NCBI GenBank assembly: GCA_021161675.1
Contig: JAGHAF010000096.1
Span: 6,201 to 70,200, forward strand
Direction: 5' to 3'
Length of the DNA: 64,000 nucleotides
Origin: Planctomycetota bacterium
Lineage (GTDB): Bacteria; Planctomycetota; Brocadiia; SM23-32
Every line of letters begins with the position of its first letter. Positions within the stretch are counted from its first letter, which is position 1. The translations under genes and the position numbers were made by a program. Below the pieces are notes generated by a model. That model saw only the letters and a list, made by a program, of their open reading frames with translations. It had not been told where the DNA came from and made no database searches. Shown piece after piece: positions 46,167-54,418 of the stretch.

Positions 46167-47120
46167 TCACCTCGGTTTCCAGCCCCACATGCTGCCGTCC
46201 GCCGGCAGCATTTCCCAGACTTGCATGCCCGCTTCTGAGATCCGCCGGTATTCTGCGTCGCTGAGCCGCACGTCCAGCGCTCCCAGATTGTCCTGCCACT
46301 GGCCCCACTTGCTGATCCCCACGATGGGGGCGACCATCCCCTCGGTCTGCAGCAGCCAGGCCAGCGCGGCCTGGGAGCTGGTGCAGCCAATCTCGTCGGC
46401 CACCGCGTCCACTACGGCCGCCGCCTCTCTTGCCTTGGTGAAAACCGGCTCGTCAAACAGCACGTTCTTATTGCGAATCCCGGCCCGCTGCTCGGAGCCT
46501 CGGCTGAAACGGCCCGTCAGCAAGCCCTGTGCCAGCGACGAGTAAGAGGTCACTGCGATGCCGTTCTCCCGGCAGAATGGCAGGATGTCGTCTTCGATCT
46601 GCCGCCAGAGCACGTTGTATGGCGCCTGCAGGCAGACCACGCCGTATTCGGCGGCCACTTCCATCTCCTGCAGGTTGAAATTGCTGACCCCAATCTGCCG
46701 GGCCTTTTCCTTCTGTTTCATCTCGGACATCTTGTCCATAAAGGCCCGCAGGTCACCCCTCGGCCACGGCCAATGCACAAGGTAGAGGTCCACGTAATCG
46801 GTGCGGAGCCGCCTCAGGGCGGCGTCCAGTTGTCCTTCAAGGCGCGGCGGGGGACATTGCATGACTTTGGTGGCGATAACGGCGCGCTCGCGCCGGTCAT
46901 CCTGGGCCAGCGCTTTGCCGAGAAGCGCTTCGGCGCGCCCCTTTCCATATCCATGGGCGGTGTCGAAGAAGTTGCAGCCGCTGTCCTGTGCGCGCCGGAT
47001 CAGATCAATGCTCGTCTTGTCGTTCTCAGGACCCCAGCCCTCCTGTCCCGCCATGTTCCACGTTCCCAGGCAGAGCCGGGACACCTGTAGGTCCGAGTCA
47101 CCGAGTTGCAGGTAATCCAT
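46167..47120 (-). CDS. aldo/keto reductase
   Basis: MDYLQLGDSDLQVSRLCLGTWNMAG...FFDTAHGYGKG is the AKR catalytic tetrad context. Confidence 0.85.
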   Translation of the reverse strand: MDYLQLGDSDLQVSRLCLGTWNMAGQEGWGPENDKTSIDLIRRAQDSGCNFFDTAHGYGKGRAEALLGKALAQDDRRERAVIATKVMQCPPPRLEGQLDAALRRLRTDYVDLYLVHWPWPRGDLRAFMDKMSEMKQKEKARQIGVSNFNLQEMEVAAEYGVVCLQAPYNVLWRQIEDDILPFCRENGIAVTSYSSLAQGLLTGRFSRGSEQRAGIRNKNVLFDEPVFTKAREAAAVVDAVADEIGCTSSQAALAWLLQTEGMVAPIVGISKWGQWQDNLGALDVRLSDAEYRRISEAGMQVWEMLPADGSMWGWKPR

Positions 47121-47206
47121 CGGAAGCCCTTTCGAATTGAAAACAATGAGTAATTAATGCGGTTTGCAGATGCCGGCCGCGATAGATTTCACGCCGGCCG
47201 GCGACC

Positions 47207-47581
47207 TCAGGCGCCGTCGCCCAGCGGCTTCACTTCACGCCAGCAGGCGCGTTCGGCCTCGCCCCACAGCAGCTCCAAATCATAGAGCTCCCGCGCCTGC
47301 GGGCTAAAAAGATGCACGACCGCGTCGCCAAGGTCAATCAGAACCCATCCTGCTTCCGCCTCCCCCTCGACACCGAGCGGGAGCTGGCCCAGCCCCTTGA
47401 GGCGCTGCAGTATGTCCTCGGCGATCGCGTTGATCTGCCTCTTGTTGCGCCCCGTGGCGATTACGAAGTAATCGGTGAAGAAAGCGAGCGGCCCAACGTT
47501 GAGCACAACGATCTGTTCCGCCTTGCGTTCGTCGGCCACGTGGGCGCAAGTGCACGCAACGGCCTCTGCGCTGAAGCTCAC
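47207..47581 (-). CDS. rsfS: ribosome silencing factor RsfS (Iojap family)
   Basis: KAEQIVVLNVGPLAFFTDYFVIATGRNKRQINAIAEDI...DLGDAVVHLF is the RsfS core. The start is uncertain (the ORF extends to 47635; a probable GTG lies near 47581). Confidence 0.7.
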   Translation of the reverse strand: MSFSAEAVACTCAHVADERKAEQIVVLNVGPLAFFTDYFVIATGRNKRQINAIAEDILQRLKGLGQLPLGVEGEAEAGWVLIDLGDAVVHLFSPQARELYDLELLWGEAERACWREVKPLGDGA

Positions 47582-47623
47582 AGGCGCCTCACCTTCCACA
47601 CCAGGGGGAGAGCAAAGGGGAAA

Positions 47624-47728
47624 GACAAACGGCAAATATCCAACATCGAGCGCTCAATGTCCAATGTCGAAGGGCAAAGGGAGCGGAATTCGGCAACATT
47701 GGACACTGAGAATGGAGAGTTCGACATT
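47624..47728. repeat. cluster of four 16-20-nt quasi-palindromic repeat units built on ACATTG(G)/ATATTG tandems plus a CGAGCGCTC palindrome
   Basis: Units at 47624-47640, 47643-47662 (reverse complement of CTTCGACATTGGACATTGAG), 47684-47700 and 47711-47728. Overall they form an imperfect inverted repeat of about 105 nt. The same 20-mer and palindrome recur at 60965-61052. Confidence 0.55.
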
Positions 47729-47742
47729 CGATATTGAGTTCT

Positions 47743-48546
47743 TCAGACGTCTTCCATGCCGAGTTCTTCACGGATGGTGGCGGTGCCTTTGAGGCCGGGT
47801 TTCAGATTCAGCGCCTTGGCGAAGATCGTGCGCGCGGCGTCTTCTTCTCCCTCTCGGCAGTGGACTTCCGCGATTTTCTTCAGGATGAAGGCCTTCTCGC
47901 TCTTGTCCAGGCCGAACCCCAGGATGCGCTGGTAACAGGCGATCTCCTCCTGAGCGTCCCTGGCTTCCCGGGGCAACTTACGGCTGTAGAGCTTCTTGAT
48001 GCGCGCCTCGACCTCTTCGAAGAAATATCGCTCCCGGGGGGGGTCCTTCTCCCTCTCGTAGAGTTCTTCATAGAGTTCGGCCGCCTCTCGGAACCGCTCG
48101 ACGCGCTCCATCTGTTCGGCCAGCAGGAAGATACAATCCAGGTAATCCTTGACGTCCAGATAGTCCGCGAGGTTGAAATCTTTGTTCTGCCTCAGTTCGT
48201 CATACACCCGCAGCGCGCTCTGGCCATCCGCGCCCAGCAAGTCAGATAATATCTGCTCAGCATATTCCTGGAAGGTGCGCACCTCGTTGCGGCGCACCTC
48301 CTCCTCCACCGCCGGGCTGGACTGCATCAACACATCATAGCGAGCGCGTTCGCGCTCGTTGCTCAGCACGCGATAGGCGGCGATGATTTCCTTGAGCTTC
48401 TTGGCGAACCGCACGTCCTGATCCCGGTGCGCATCGGGATGATATTTCTTCGCCAGCCTGCGGAACGCCTTCTTGATCTCCGGCTGGGACGCATCGCGAT
48501 TGATGTCGAGAACGTCATAGTACGTCATTTTTAGTGATTCGGTCAT
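47743..48546 (-). CDS. J-domain (DnaJ-like) protein with TPR-like helical repeats
   Basis: MTYYDVLDINRDASQPEIKKAFRRLAKKYHPD is a canonical J-domain HPD motif. The C-terminus is a helical repeat region. Confidence 0.75.
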   Translation of the reverse strand: MTESLKMTYYDVLDINRDASQPEIKKAFRRLAKKYHPDAHRDQDVRFAKKLKEIIAAYRVLSNERERARYDVLMQSSPAVEEEVRRNEVRTFQEYAEQILSDLLGADGQSALRVYDELRQNKDFNLADYLDVKDYLDCIFLLAEQMERVERFREAAELYEELYEREKDPPRERYFFEEVEARIKKLYSRKLPREARDAQEEIACYQRILGFGLDKSEKAFILKKIAEVHCREGEEDAARTIFAKALNLKPGLKGTATIREELGMEDV

Positions 48547-48899
48547 GACTGGCTGTTCGGCTTTCCATCTGATGAAGAAACTGGTTTTGAGGGGCTGTAA
48601 GCCATCAGAAGGGCGTCCCCCCAAGGCAATCCACGCTTCCACCTTCCCAAACTACGTTAGTGGCCCGCAGCGGCAAAAAGTTCACAAATTCGTACCCCTG
48701 CCTTTTCTCTTCGAACCTGGCCAACCCACCGGGCTAACCCCCGCCCCTTTGGCCACAATATCCGCGCCCATACCCTCCGCTGACCCATCCGCCTTCCCGT
48801 CCCTGCGACATGTCTGGCCGATATGCCTAAGAACCTACACGGAAGAGCAGCGCCTCGACGGGCTCCCCCGACACTTCTTCACTCATACCATCATACCAA

Positions 48900-48928
48900 A
48901 TCGCCGTCGCCACGTCAATAGCTAAAAC
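48900..48928 (-). promoter_or_regulatory. strong sigma70-like promoter on minus strand (TTGACG-N17-TATGAT) driving a ~350-nt leader of the J-domain gene
   Basis: On the minus strand TTGACG is at 48928-48923 and TATGAT at 48905-48900, giving a 17-nt spacer. There is no convincing ORF between this promoter and the J-domain start at 48546. Confidence 0.4.
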
Positions 48929-49126
48929 CCGCTGGCAACATGCTGTGAGCAACCCCAAACCCAACCACGACCTCTCCGATCCTCCATGGTCCCGCTACCG
49001 CGTATGACGGAAAAGAACAGCGAACACAACGGTATGGACTGAATGGATTCCATCTTTCCATGTAGTCGGCCTTCGATTCCCAACGGGCGCGGGCTTACAA
49101 TGATCGCGCAGTGAAAAGCGCCTGCA

Positions 49127-49617
49127 ATGTGTGATGGGGGAGTCGCAATGAATGATCTTCTGATACCGGCGGTTATGCTCATCCTGGGCGAAGAGTGCCT
49201 CTTGCTTGACCTTGGTAACAGGGTTTTCGGCTCGTATGCGCGAACGCCGCTGGCCGCACTTTCTCGAATAGCGCTCGCGCTTCTGGCGTGCGCAGCCCTC
49301 GCTATCCCGTTCATCATGGGCCTGGCGCAGCCCGGCGTGAAAGGCTGGTTTCTCGCATCATGCGTGGCCAGCCTTGCCGCAGTCGTCTGCGTTTGCCCGT
49401 CGTCGGCCCCCTGCTTGTGCCCTCAAGATACGGCCGGTTTCCAGACAAGGGATGGTTCCAGTTTGGGGACACGGCAATGTATGTGACCCCGGGGATTGGA
49501 TACCACGGAGCCGTCCTGCCCAAACGAGGCATAGTCACAGAGCTGACCATCAGGAGGGCAAGCGCAGCGGACGGGCTACCGCAGGGCGCCAGTCCGGACT
49601 TACGAAGCGCCGATTGA
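49127..49617 (+). pseudogene. remnant of a YkuE-like metallophosphoesterase gene (internal deletion + frameshift)
   Basis: The C-terminal tail in frame 49288-49617 (LPVVGPLLVPSRYGRFPDKGWFQFGDTAMYVTPGIGYHGAVLPKRGIVTELTIRR) matches YkuE-family C-termini (QLPFYGP..PPYGKVY..G.THIYVNRGLG..LPLRF..PEITVFTL). An upstream frame 49127-49486 encodes only TM helices. The catalytic core of about 200 aa (GDxHx, GDxxD, GNHD/E) is missing. Confidence 0.45.
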
Positions 49618-49688
49618 CAAAGGGGCTGCGAGCGCGGACAATCTGCGGCGTCACGTAACTTTAACCCATCGAATAGGGAGGGTCGAAC

Positions 49689-50471
49689 ATGCGCGCCAAG
49701 GACGTCATGGAGCATTTTCAAAGTGTGGGCCATTGGGTGGACTGGAGCAATACCTGCGACCAGTTCCTGCACGGCGATCCCGACCTGGAGCTGACCGGCA
49801 TAGCCACCGCCTGGATCCCTACCGAAAGGGTTATCCGAAAGGCCGCGGCCAGTGGGGCTAATCTGTTCATAACGCACGAGCCTATGCAGATAAACTTCTA
49901 CGACAAAGAGGGGTCCACCCGGCAGATCATGCAGGCCAAACGAGAGCTGCTGGACGAACTCGGAATGACCGTCATGCGCTGCCACGACACCTGGGACCGT
50001 ATGCCGGAGGTGGGCATCCCGGACGCCTGGGCCGCGCACCTGGGATTTGAGATGGAGCCGCGGCCGGTCGAGTCCTTCTACCGGATTTGCCTGCTGGGGA
50101 AGATGAGCGCCCGGCAAGCCGCGCGGCAAGTGCTGGAGCGCGTCCGTGACCTGGGCCAGGACACCGTGCTCATCTTCGGGGACCAGGATAAAGAGGTCTC
50201 GCGGATGGCCGTGGGGACAGGCGCCATCACCATTCTGCCCAGGATGCAGGCGCTGGGCGCGGACCTGCTGCTGGCCACGGACGACGGCATTGATTCATGG
50301 GCGCGCCTGCTCTGGGCCGCCGAAGTTGACATCCCCGTGCTAATCGTCAATCACTGCACCGCCGAGAAGCCCGGCATGATAGCCATGGCGGGCTACCTGG
50401 CGGAGCGGTTCCCGGGGCTGCCCGTCCAGTTCATTGACAACCCCGAGTACCCCTGGAAGTCGGTGCGCTAA
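49689..50471 (+). CDS. Nif3-family dinuclear-metal-centre protein
   Basis: 260 aa on the NIF3/GTP cyclohydrolase I type 2 homolog fold, with His/Glu metal ligands (ITHEP, CHDTWD, NHCTAE). Confidence 0.75.
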   Translation: MRAKDVMEHFQSVGHWVDWSNTCDQFLHGDPDLELTGIATAWIPTERVIRKAAASGANLFITHEPMQINFYDKEGSTRQIMQAKRELLDELGMTVMRCHDTWDRMPEVGIPDAWAAHLGFEMEPRPVESFYRICLLGKMSARQAARQVLERVRDLGQDTVLIFGDQDKEVSRMAVGTGAITILPRMQALGADLLLATDDGIDSWARLLWAAEVDIPVLIVNHCTAEKPGMIAMAGYLAERFPGLPVQFIDNPEYPWKSVR

Positions 50472-50592
50472 GACGGAATTGCGAATTGTGGGCGGCGCCC
50501 GCCGAGCCGGAATACGCGGGGGTGGCGCTTGCAGCGATGTCCCGCGGGCTGTACCATGCTAATTCCACCCGTCTTTCCTGGGAGGCCGGATC

Positions 50593-51480
50593 GTGAGAAC
50601 CAGGGCTATCGCACTGAGCGGCTTGATCGCTTTGGGCTTGTTGTGCGGCTGCTCGACACTCAGCGCCGAGCAGCGGGCCGCAGCGCAGAGGGACAGGGAG
50701 CAGGTTGCGGCGGTGGTTCACGAATTCTGCGCTCTGATACAGGAGAAAAGCGCTTCTGGTCTGCGCGATCTTCTTGTCCCGTCCATGCCCGGGGGCCGAG
50801 CCGAGACATTTGAGTTCCAACTGACGGCAAGCAGCTGGCTTATGTGCTACTCCGGCCTGAAGCCCGATGTCGAGGCCGCCGTTGCGAAGGTGGGAATTGG
50901 CGCCATGCGGGACGGGCGCGCGCGGCTGGTCATACGGGCGACTAACTACCGTGGCCAGCGCGTCCGCATTCCAATCACTGCGCTCAGGGAACGGGATAAG
51001 TGGTGGATCGCCGATTTCGAGATGACGCCGGCGCTGCCCGGGGACAGGCTCGATCCCCCGGAAGAGGTCCGCAGGCAACTGCGCGAGCAGACGATACCAG
51101 TGATAACATCAATGAAACAGGGCCACATGGCGGACGTCTACTATATGCTCCCGGACAAGGCCAGGTGCAGGTATCGCCCGCCGAAGGCCGGATTCTTCAC
51201 GCGCATGCTTGAGAGACCCAAGTCTATGCCGATCTACAGCGACCTGGTGATAATGTCCAAGATGGATATCATGTCCTGGCCGGACACCTCATTGCCCCTG
51301 GATGTCCGGTATCTTTCGCCCGGTTTGATTGCCGTCTGCTACCAGTTGCCATATAGATGGGCTCCCACCGAGCAAAGCGGTCCGGAGATGCTGGACATGA
51401 AAGTGCTTTTCTTGCGGCAAGATGGTCTCTGGAGCCTGGACACGATTCGGCTCTCCGCGAAGCCCATTCCGTATAGCTGA
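50593..51480 (+). CDS. hypothetical lipoprotein
   Basis: Signal plus lipobox LLCGCS. No recognisable domain. Confidence 0.5.
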   Translation: MRTRAIALSGLIALGLLCGCSTLSAEQRAAAQRDREQVAAVVHEFCALIQEKSASGLRDLLVPSMPGGRAETFEFQLTASSWLMCYSGLKPDVEAAVAKVGIGAMRDGRARLVIRATNYRGQRVRIPITALRERDKWWIADFEMTPALPGDRLDPPEEVRRQLREQTIPVITSMKQGHMADVYYMLPDKARCRYRPPKAGFFTRMLERPKSMPIYSDLVIMSKMDIMSWPDTSLPLDVRYLSPGLIAVCYQLPYRWAPTEQSGPEMLDMKVLFLRQDGLWSLDTIRLSAKPIPYS

Positions 51481-51486
51481 CAGATC

Positions 51487-52488
51487 ATGCCATCTCCAGC
51501 CGAGCACATAGCCGTCGGCCGTGTCCTGGAAGTAAGCCCCCCGGAAGCCCCGCAAGAATTGCTGGAGTTCCTCAGTTCCCGGTTCATAAACGAGTCCAAG
51601 ACCTCACTGCGCCGTTCCATCGCCGGGGGGGAAGTCCGCGTGAATGGCCGGGCCATGCCTCCCTCCCACCTGATGCAGGCGGGGGATCGAGTTCGCGTGC
51701 CGGACGAGCTTGACGCCGCCCCCCCGCCGGCCCACGAGTTGGACTTGACGGTTCTTTTCGAGGACGCCGAGCACCTGTGCATCGACAAGCCACCGCATTA
51801 TCCCGTGCTGCCGGGCCGCCTGGGCCAGAAGGCGCAGCTATTTCACTCGCTGACGGCCCACGTGAATCGGTATGCCCCTCCGGGGGGGCCGTACTGCCGG
51901 CCCCATGTGGTGCACAGGCTGGACACCCAGACCTCCGGCGTCCTCCTGGTGGCGAAGAACGTGGCCGCCGGCCGTGCGCTCAGCGAGCAGTTCCAGCGCC
52001 GGCAGACCGAGAAGACCTATCTGGCAATAGTGGAAGGGGTGTTCCCGGACGAACACGTGAGCGTGGAGCTTCCAATCAAGCGCAAATCCGGCAGCGTCGT
52101 GGAGATGAATGCCCATCCGAACGAGGGCAAGGCGGCAGTCACGCAGCTATGGGTCGAAAAACGCTTCGGGCATTTTACCCTCATGCGAGCCCGGCCCCAC
52201 ACGGGCAGGCAACACCAGATACGAATTCACCTGGCGGCCACGGGCTACCCGCTGGCCGTGGACCACCTCTATGGACGGCGCTGCCGGCTCGACGGCGCGC
52301 AGCTGAACGCGATTGTCGGCGGCCGCGCGCGCGCAAAGCACGGGCCAGCGCTGGACAGGTGCCCCCTCCACGCCGCCTCTATTCGCTATGCCCATCCGGC
52401 CACAGGGGAGCCCATGAGCCAGGAAGCTCCGCTGCCGGAGGACTTGCGAAGGTTCGTGAATCTGCTGGAACATGAGGATCCGGCGTAA
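51487..52488 (+). CDS. RluA-family 23S rRNA pseudouridine synthase (RluC/RluD-like) with S4 domain
   Basis: Catalytic-Asp motif HRLDTQTSGVLLVAKN and an N-terminal S4-like region. Confidence 0.85.
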   Translation: MPSPAEHIAVGRVLEVSPPEAPQELLEFLSSRFINESKTSLRRSIAGGEVRVNGRAMPPSHLMQAGDRVRVPDELDAAPPPAHELDLTVLFEDAEHLCIDKPPHYPVLPGRLGQKAQLFHSLTAHVNRYAPPGGPYCRPHVVHRLDTQTSGVLLVAKNVAAGRALSEQFQRRQTEKTYLAIVEGVFPDEHVSVELPIKRKSGSVVEMNAHPNEGKAAVTQLWVEKRFGHFTLMRARPHTGRQHQIRIHLAATGYPLAVDHLYGRRCRLDGAQLNAIVGGRARAKHGPALDRCPLHAASIRYAHPATGEPMSQEAPLPEDLRRFVNLLEHEDPA

Positions 52489-52620
52489 GTTCGCTGCGCG
52501 CGGGCTTGCAGAGCCGGCGAATTTGGCTTATCTTCCTGTGCGGTTGACGTATCTGTCCGCGCGCAAATTGTCCCAGAAAAGGGAGCGGCGGCCATAGCCT
52601 CGCGACAACCAGTTCTAATC

Positions 52621-53508
52621 ATGATCCAGGGACCCGATCCGGGCGCCGTTTACAATCTGCCCGACAACCGGGTCACCGCCGTGGGGCGTTCGTCTCGCAA
52701 CAGCGTACGGGTGCTCGACCCCTCCGTGAGCCGACAGCACTGCGAGATCGCCTGCGTGGACGGCGAGTGGACAATCCGCGATCTGGACAGCAAGGAAGGC
52801 ACGCTTGTCAACTCTGAACCCGTCAGCGGCAGACGAATACTCACGCCCGGCGATATCATTCGTCTCACCTCGGTGGTGTTCCGTTTCGATACGGTCCACG
52901 AGCTTCCCAGGGATTCCGGGGCGATGGTCGCCATCCGGGAGGCCGAACTCGACCGCAAACTGAGCAGCCCCAGAAAGCCCGGCGGCAGCCTGGAGGATAT
53001 CGTCGCCTCCAACCAGCAGACAGTCGCAGACGGCCGGCAGGAGGCGGAGTCCGCCCCGGCCCGCAAGCCCGACGCGTTGCTGCTCGCCGTTGTGGTCGTC
53101 GTCGTCGCCGCGGCTACCATCGGACTCCTCGTCATCGCTCACAGCGCCAGCTACCAGCGCGATCAGAAGGCCGGTAAGGCCATAGAGGACGTCTTGAGCC
53201 GAGTGCTCCTCGCCGAAAGGCGCGGCAACTACGCTGCGGCGCTGGAAGCATATGACGAACTGGACGCCCGGCCCCTCCCCAAAGCGGCCGCCCGGATCAT
53301 ACAGGACAACAGGAGCTACACCGTGAAACTGGCCGGAGCCGCCTTTGAAACGGTGGCGTCCCGGGCGGAACTCCTCCTGGACGACGGTGACCCGCGGGGA
53401 GCGATTGAGCTGTACCGCACGGTGCAAGATCGCATCGGTTTGGCCGAGCTGTCCAGGCGTGCGAACGCCAGAATCTCAGAAATCAAATCCACAAACAGAG
53501 AGGAATAG
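52621..53508 (+). CDS. FHA-domain protein with central TM helix
   Basis: N-terminal FHA (VGRSSRNSVRVLDPSVSRQHCEIACVDGEWTIRDLDSKEGTLVN), then the TM helix LLLAVVVVVVAAATIGLLVIA, then a helical C-terminus. Confidence 0.75.
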   Translation: MIQGPDPGAVYNLPDNRVTAVGRSSRNSVRVLDPSVSRQHCEIACVDGEWTIRDLDSKEGTLVNSEPVSGRRILTPGDIIRLTSVVFRFDTVHELPRDSGAMVAIREAELDRKLSSPRKPGGSLEDIVASNQQTVADGRQEAESAPARKPDALLLAVVVVVVAAATIGLLVIAHSASYQRDQKAGKAIEDVLSRVLLAERRGNYAAALEAYDELDARPLPKAAARIIQDNRSYTVKLAGAAFETVASRAELLLDDGDPRGAIELYRTVQDRIGLAELSRRANARISEIKSTNREE

Positions 53509-53513
53509 GCGAG

Positions 53514-54404
53514 TTGCCCACCATGAGGGACACTTTGAGCACAAATGAAGCAAGGCTCGCGGAGATTTCTGCCCTGGGCCAGGTCTCAGCGCCCCTGGCA
53601 GGCAATAGATGGCGCCTCAGCCCTGAGGGCCAGCCGACACTGCTGCCCGGCGTGGGCGGCATCACCTATAATTGCAAGGTGGGCGACAGCGCGCTGGAGT
53701 GGGCCGTCGATCACGTAGAGCCGGGGGTCTCGCTCAAGAACGAGGACGAGAAAAAGAACACGGCCCTCAACACACTGGCCTGCGTGGGGAACCGGGGGTG
53801 GGTGGTCTCCGGCGACGCCAAAGGCGATGAAGGTCTTGTCACCGGAAAGCACGGCGGCGTCGAACACGTCATCATGGACTTCCCCGACGAGACGCTGCGC
53901 AAGCTGGTGATCGGTGACAAGATTCAAATCCGCACCCGGGGCCTGGGCCTGAAACTGATCGACATGCCCCGGATCAAAGTGATGAACCTGGACCCCGCGC
54001 TGCTGGAGAAAATGGCCCCCGAGCGCCGGGGCGAGATTCTCCTGGTGAAAGTGGCCCACCGCATCCCCGCCGCTCTGATGGGCAGCGGTCTGGGCCGCGC
54101 CCACGTCTTCACCGGGGACTACGACATGCAACTGAGCCAACCGATCATTGAAGAATACAATCTGGAGCAACTGCGCCTGGGAGACCTGGTGGCCGTTGAC
54201 GACGCGGACAATACGTACGGCCGCGCCTATCAGCCTGGCGCAATCAGCATCGGCGTAGTGGTCCACTGCCGATGCACACAGGCGGGACACGGGCCCGGGC
54301 TCACGTCCCTGATGAGCAGCCGGGAAGGCAAGATCGAGCCGGTCGTGGACCCCGCCGCCAATATCGCGGACCTCCTTCTGATAGGGCGCAAGCGCGCTAC
54401 TTGA
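53514..54404 (+). CDS. hypothetical protein (conserved-looking, no assignable family)
   Basis: 296-aa ORF tightly packed between the FHA and kinase genes, with gaps of 5 and 14 nt. Confidence 0.5.
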   Translation: MPTMRDTLSTNEARLAEISALGQVSAPLAGNRWRLSPEGQPTLLPGVGGITYNCKVGDSALEWAVDHVEPGVSLKNEDEKKNTALNTLACVGNRGWVVSGDAKGDEGLVTGKHGGVEHVIMDFPDETLRKLVIGDKIQIRTRGLGLKLIDMPRIKVMNLDPALLEKMAPERRGEILLVKVAHRIPAALMGSGLGRAHVFTGDYDMQLSQPIIEEYNLEQLRLGDLVAVDDADNTYGRAYQPGAISIGVVVHCRCTQAGHGPGLTSLMSSREGKIEPVVDPAANIADLLLIGRKRAT

Positions 54405-54418
54405 GCGCCGGGTGAAAA

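Noticed and set aside
48547-48930. Cobalamin riboswitch in the J-domain gene leader (GCCACUA...GGGAAGG resembles a B12 box).
   Set aside because: Only a partial B12-box match. No recognisable GGUG/AAnUCC upstream elements. The downstream gene has no link to cobalamin. Left as unverified; noted under the leader finding.
48650-48930. CIRCE/HAIR heat-shock operator upstream of the J-domain gene.
   Set aside because: TTAGCCCGG-N8-CCAGG does not match the CIRCE consensus TTAGCACTC-N9-GAGTGCTAA. No HAIR (CTTGAGT-N7-ACTCAAG) is present.
49614-49650. TTGACA-N17-ACAATC promoter-like sequence upstream of Nif3 gene.
   Set aside because: The -10 hexamer is weak (ACAATC). Not reported as a feature.
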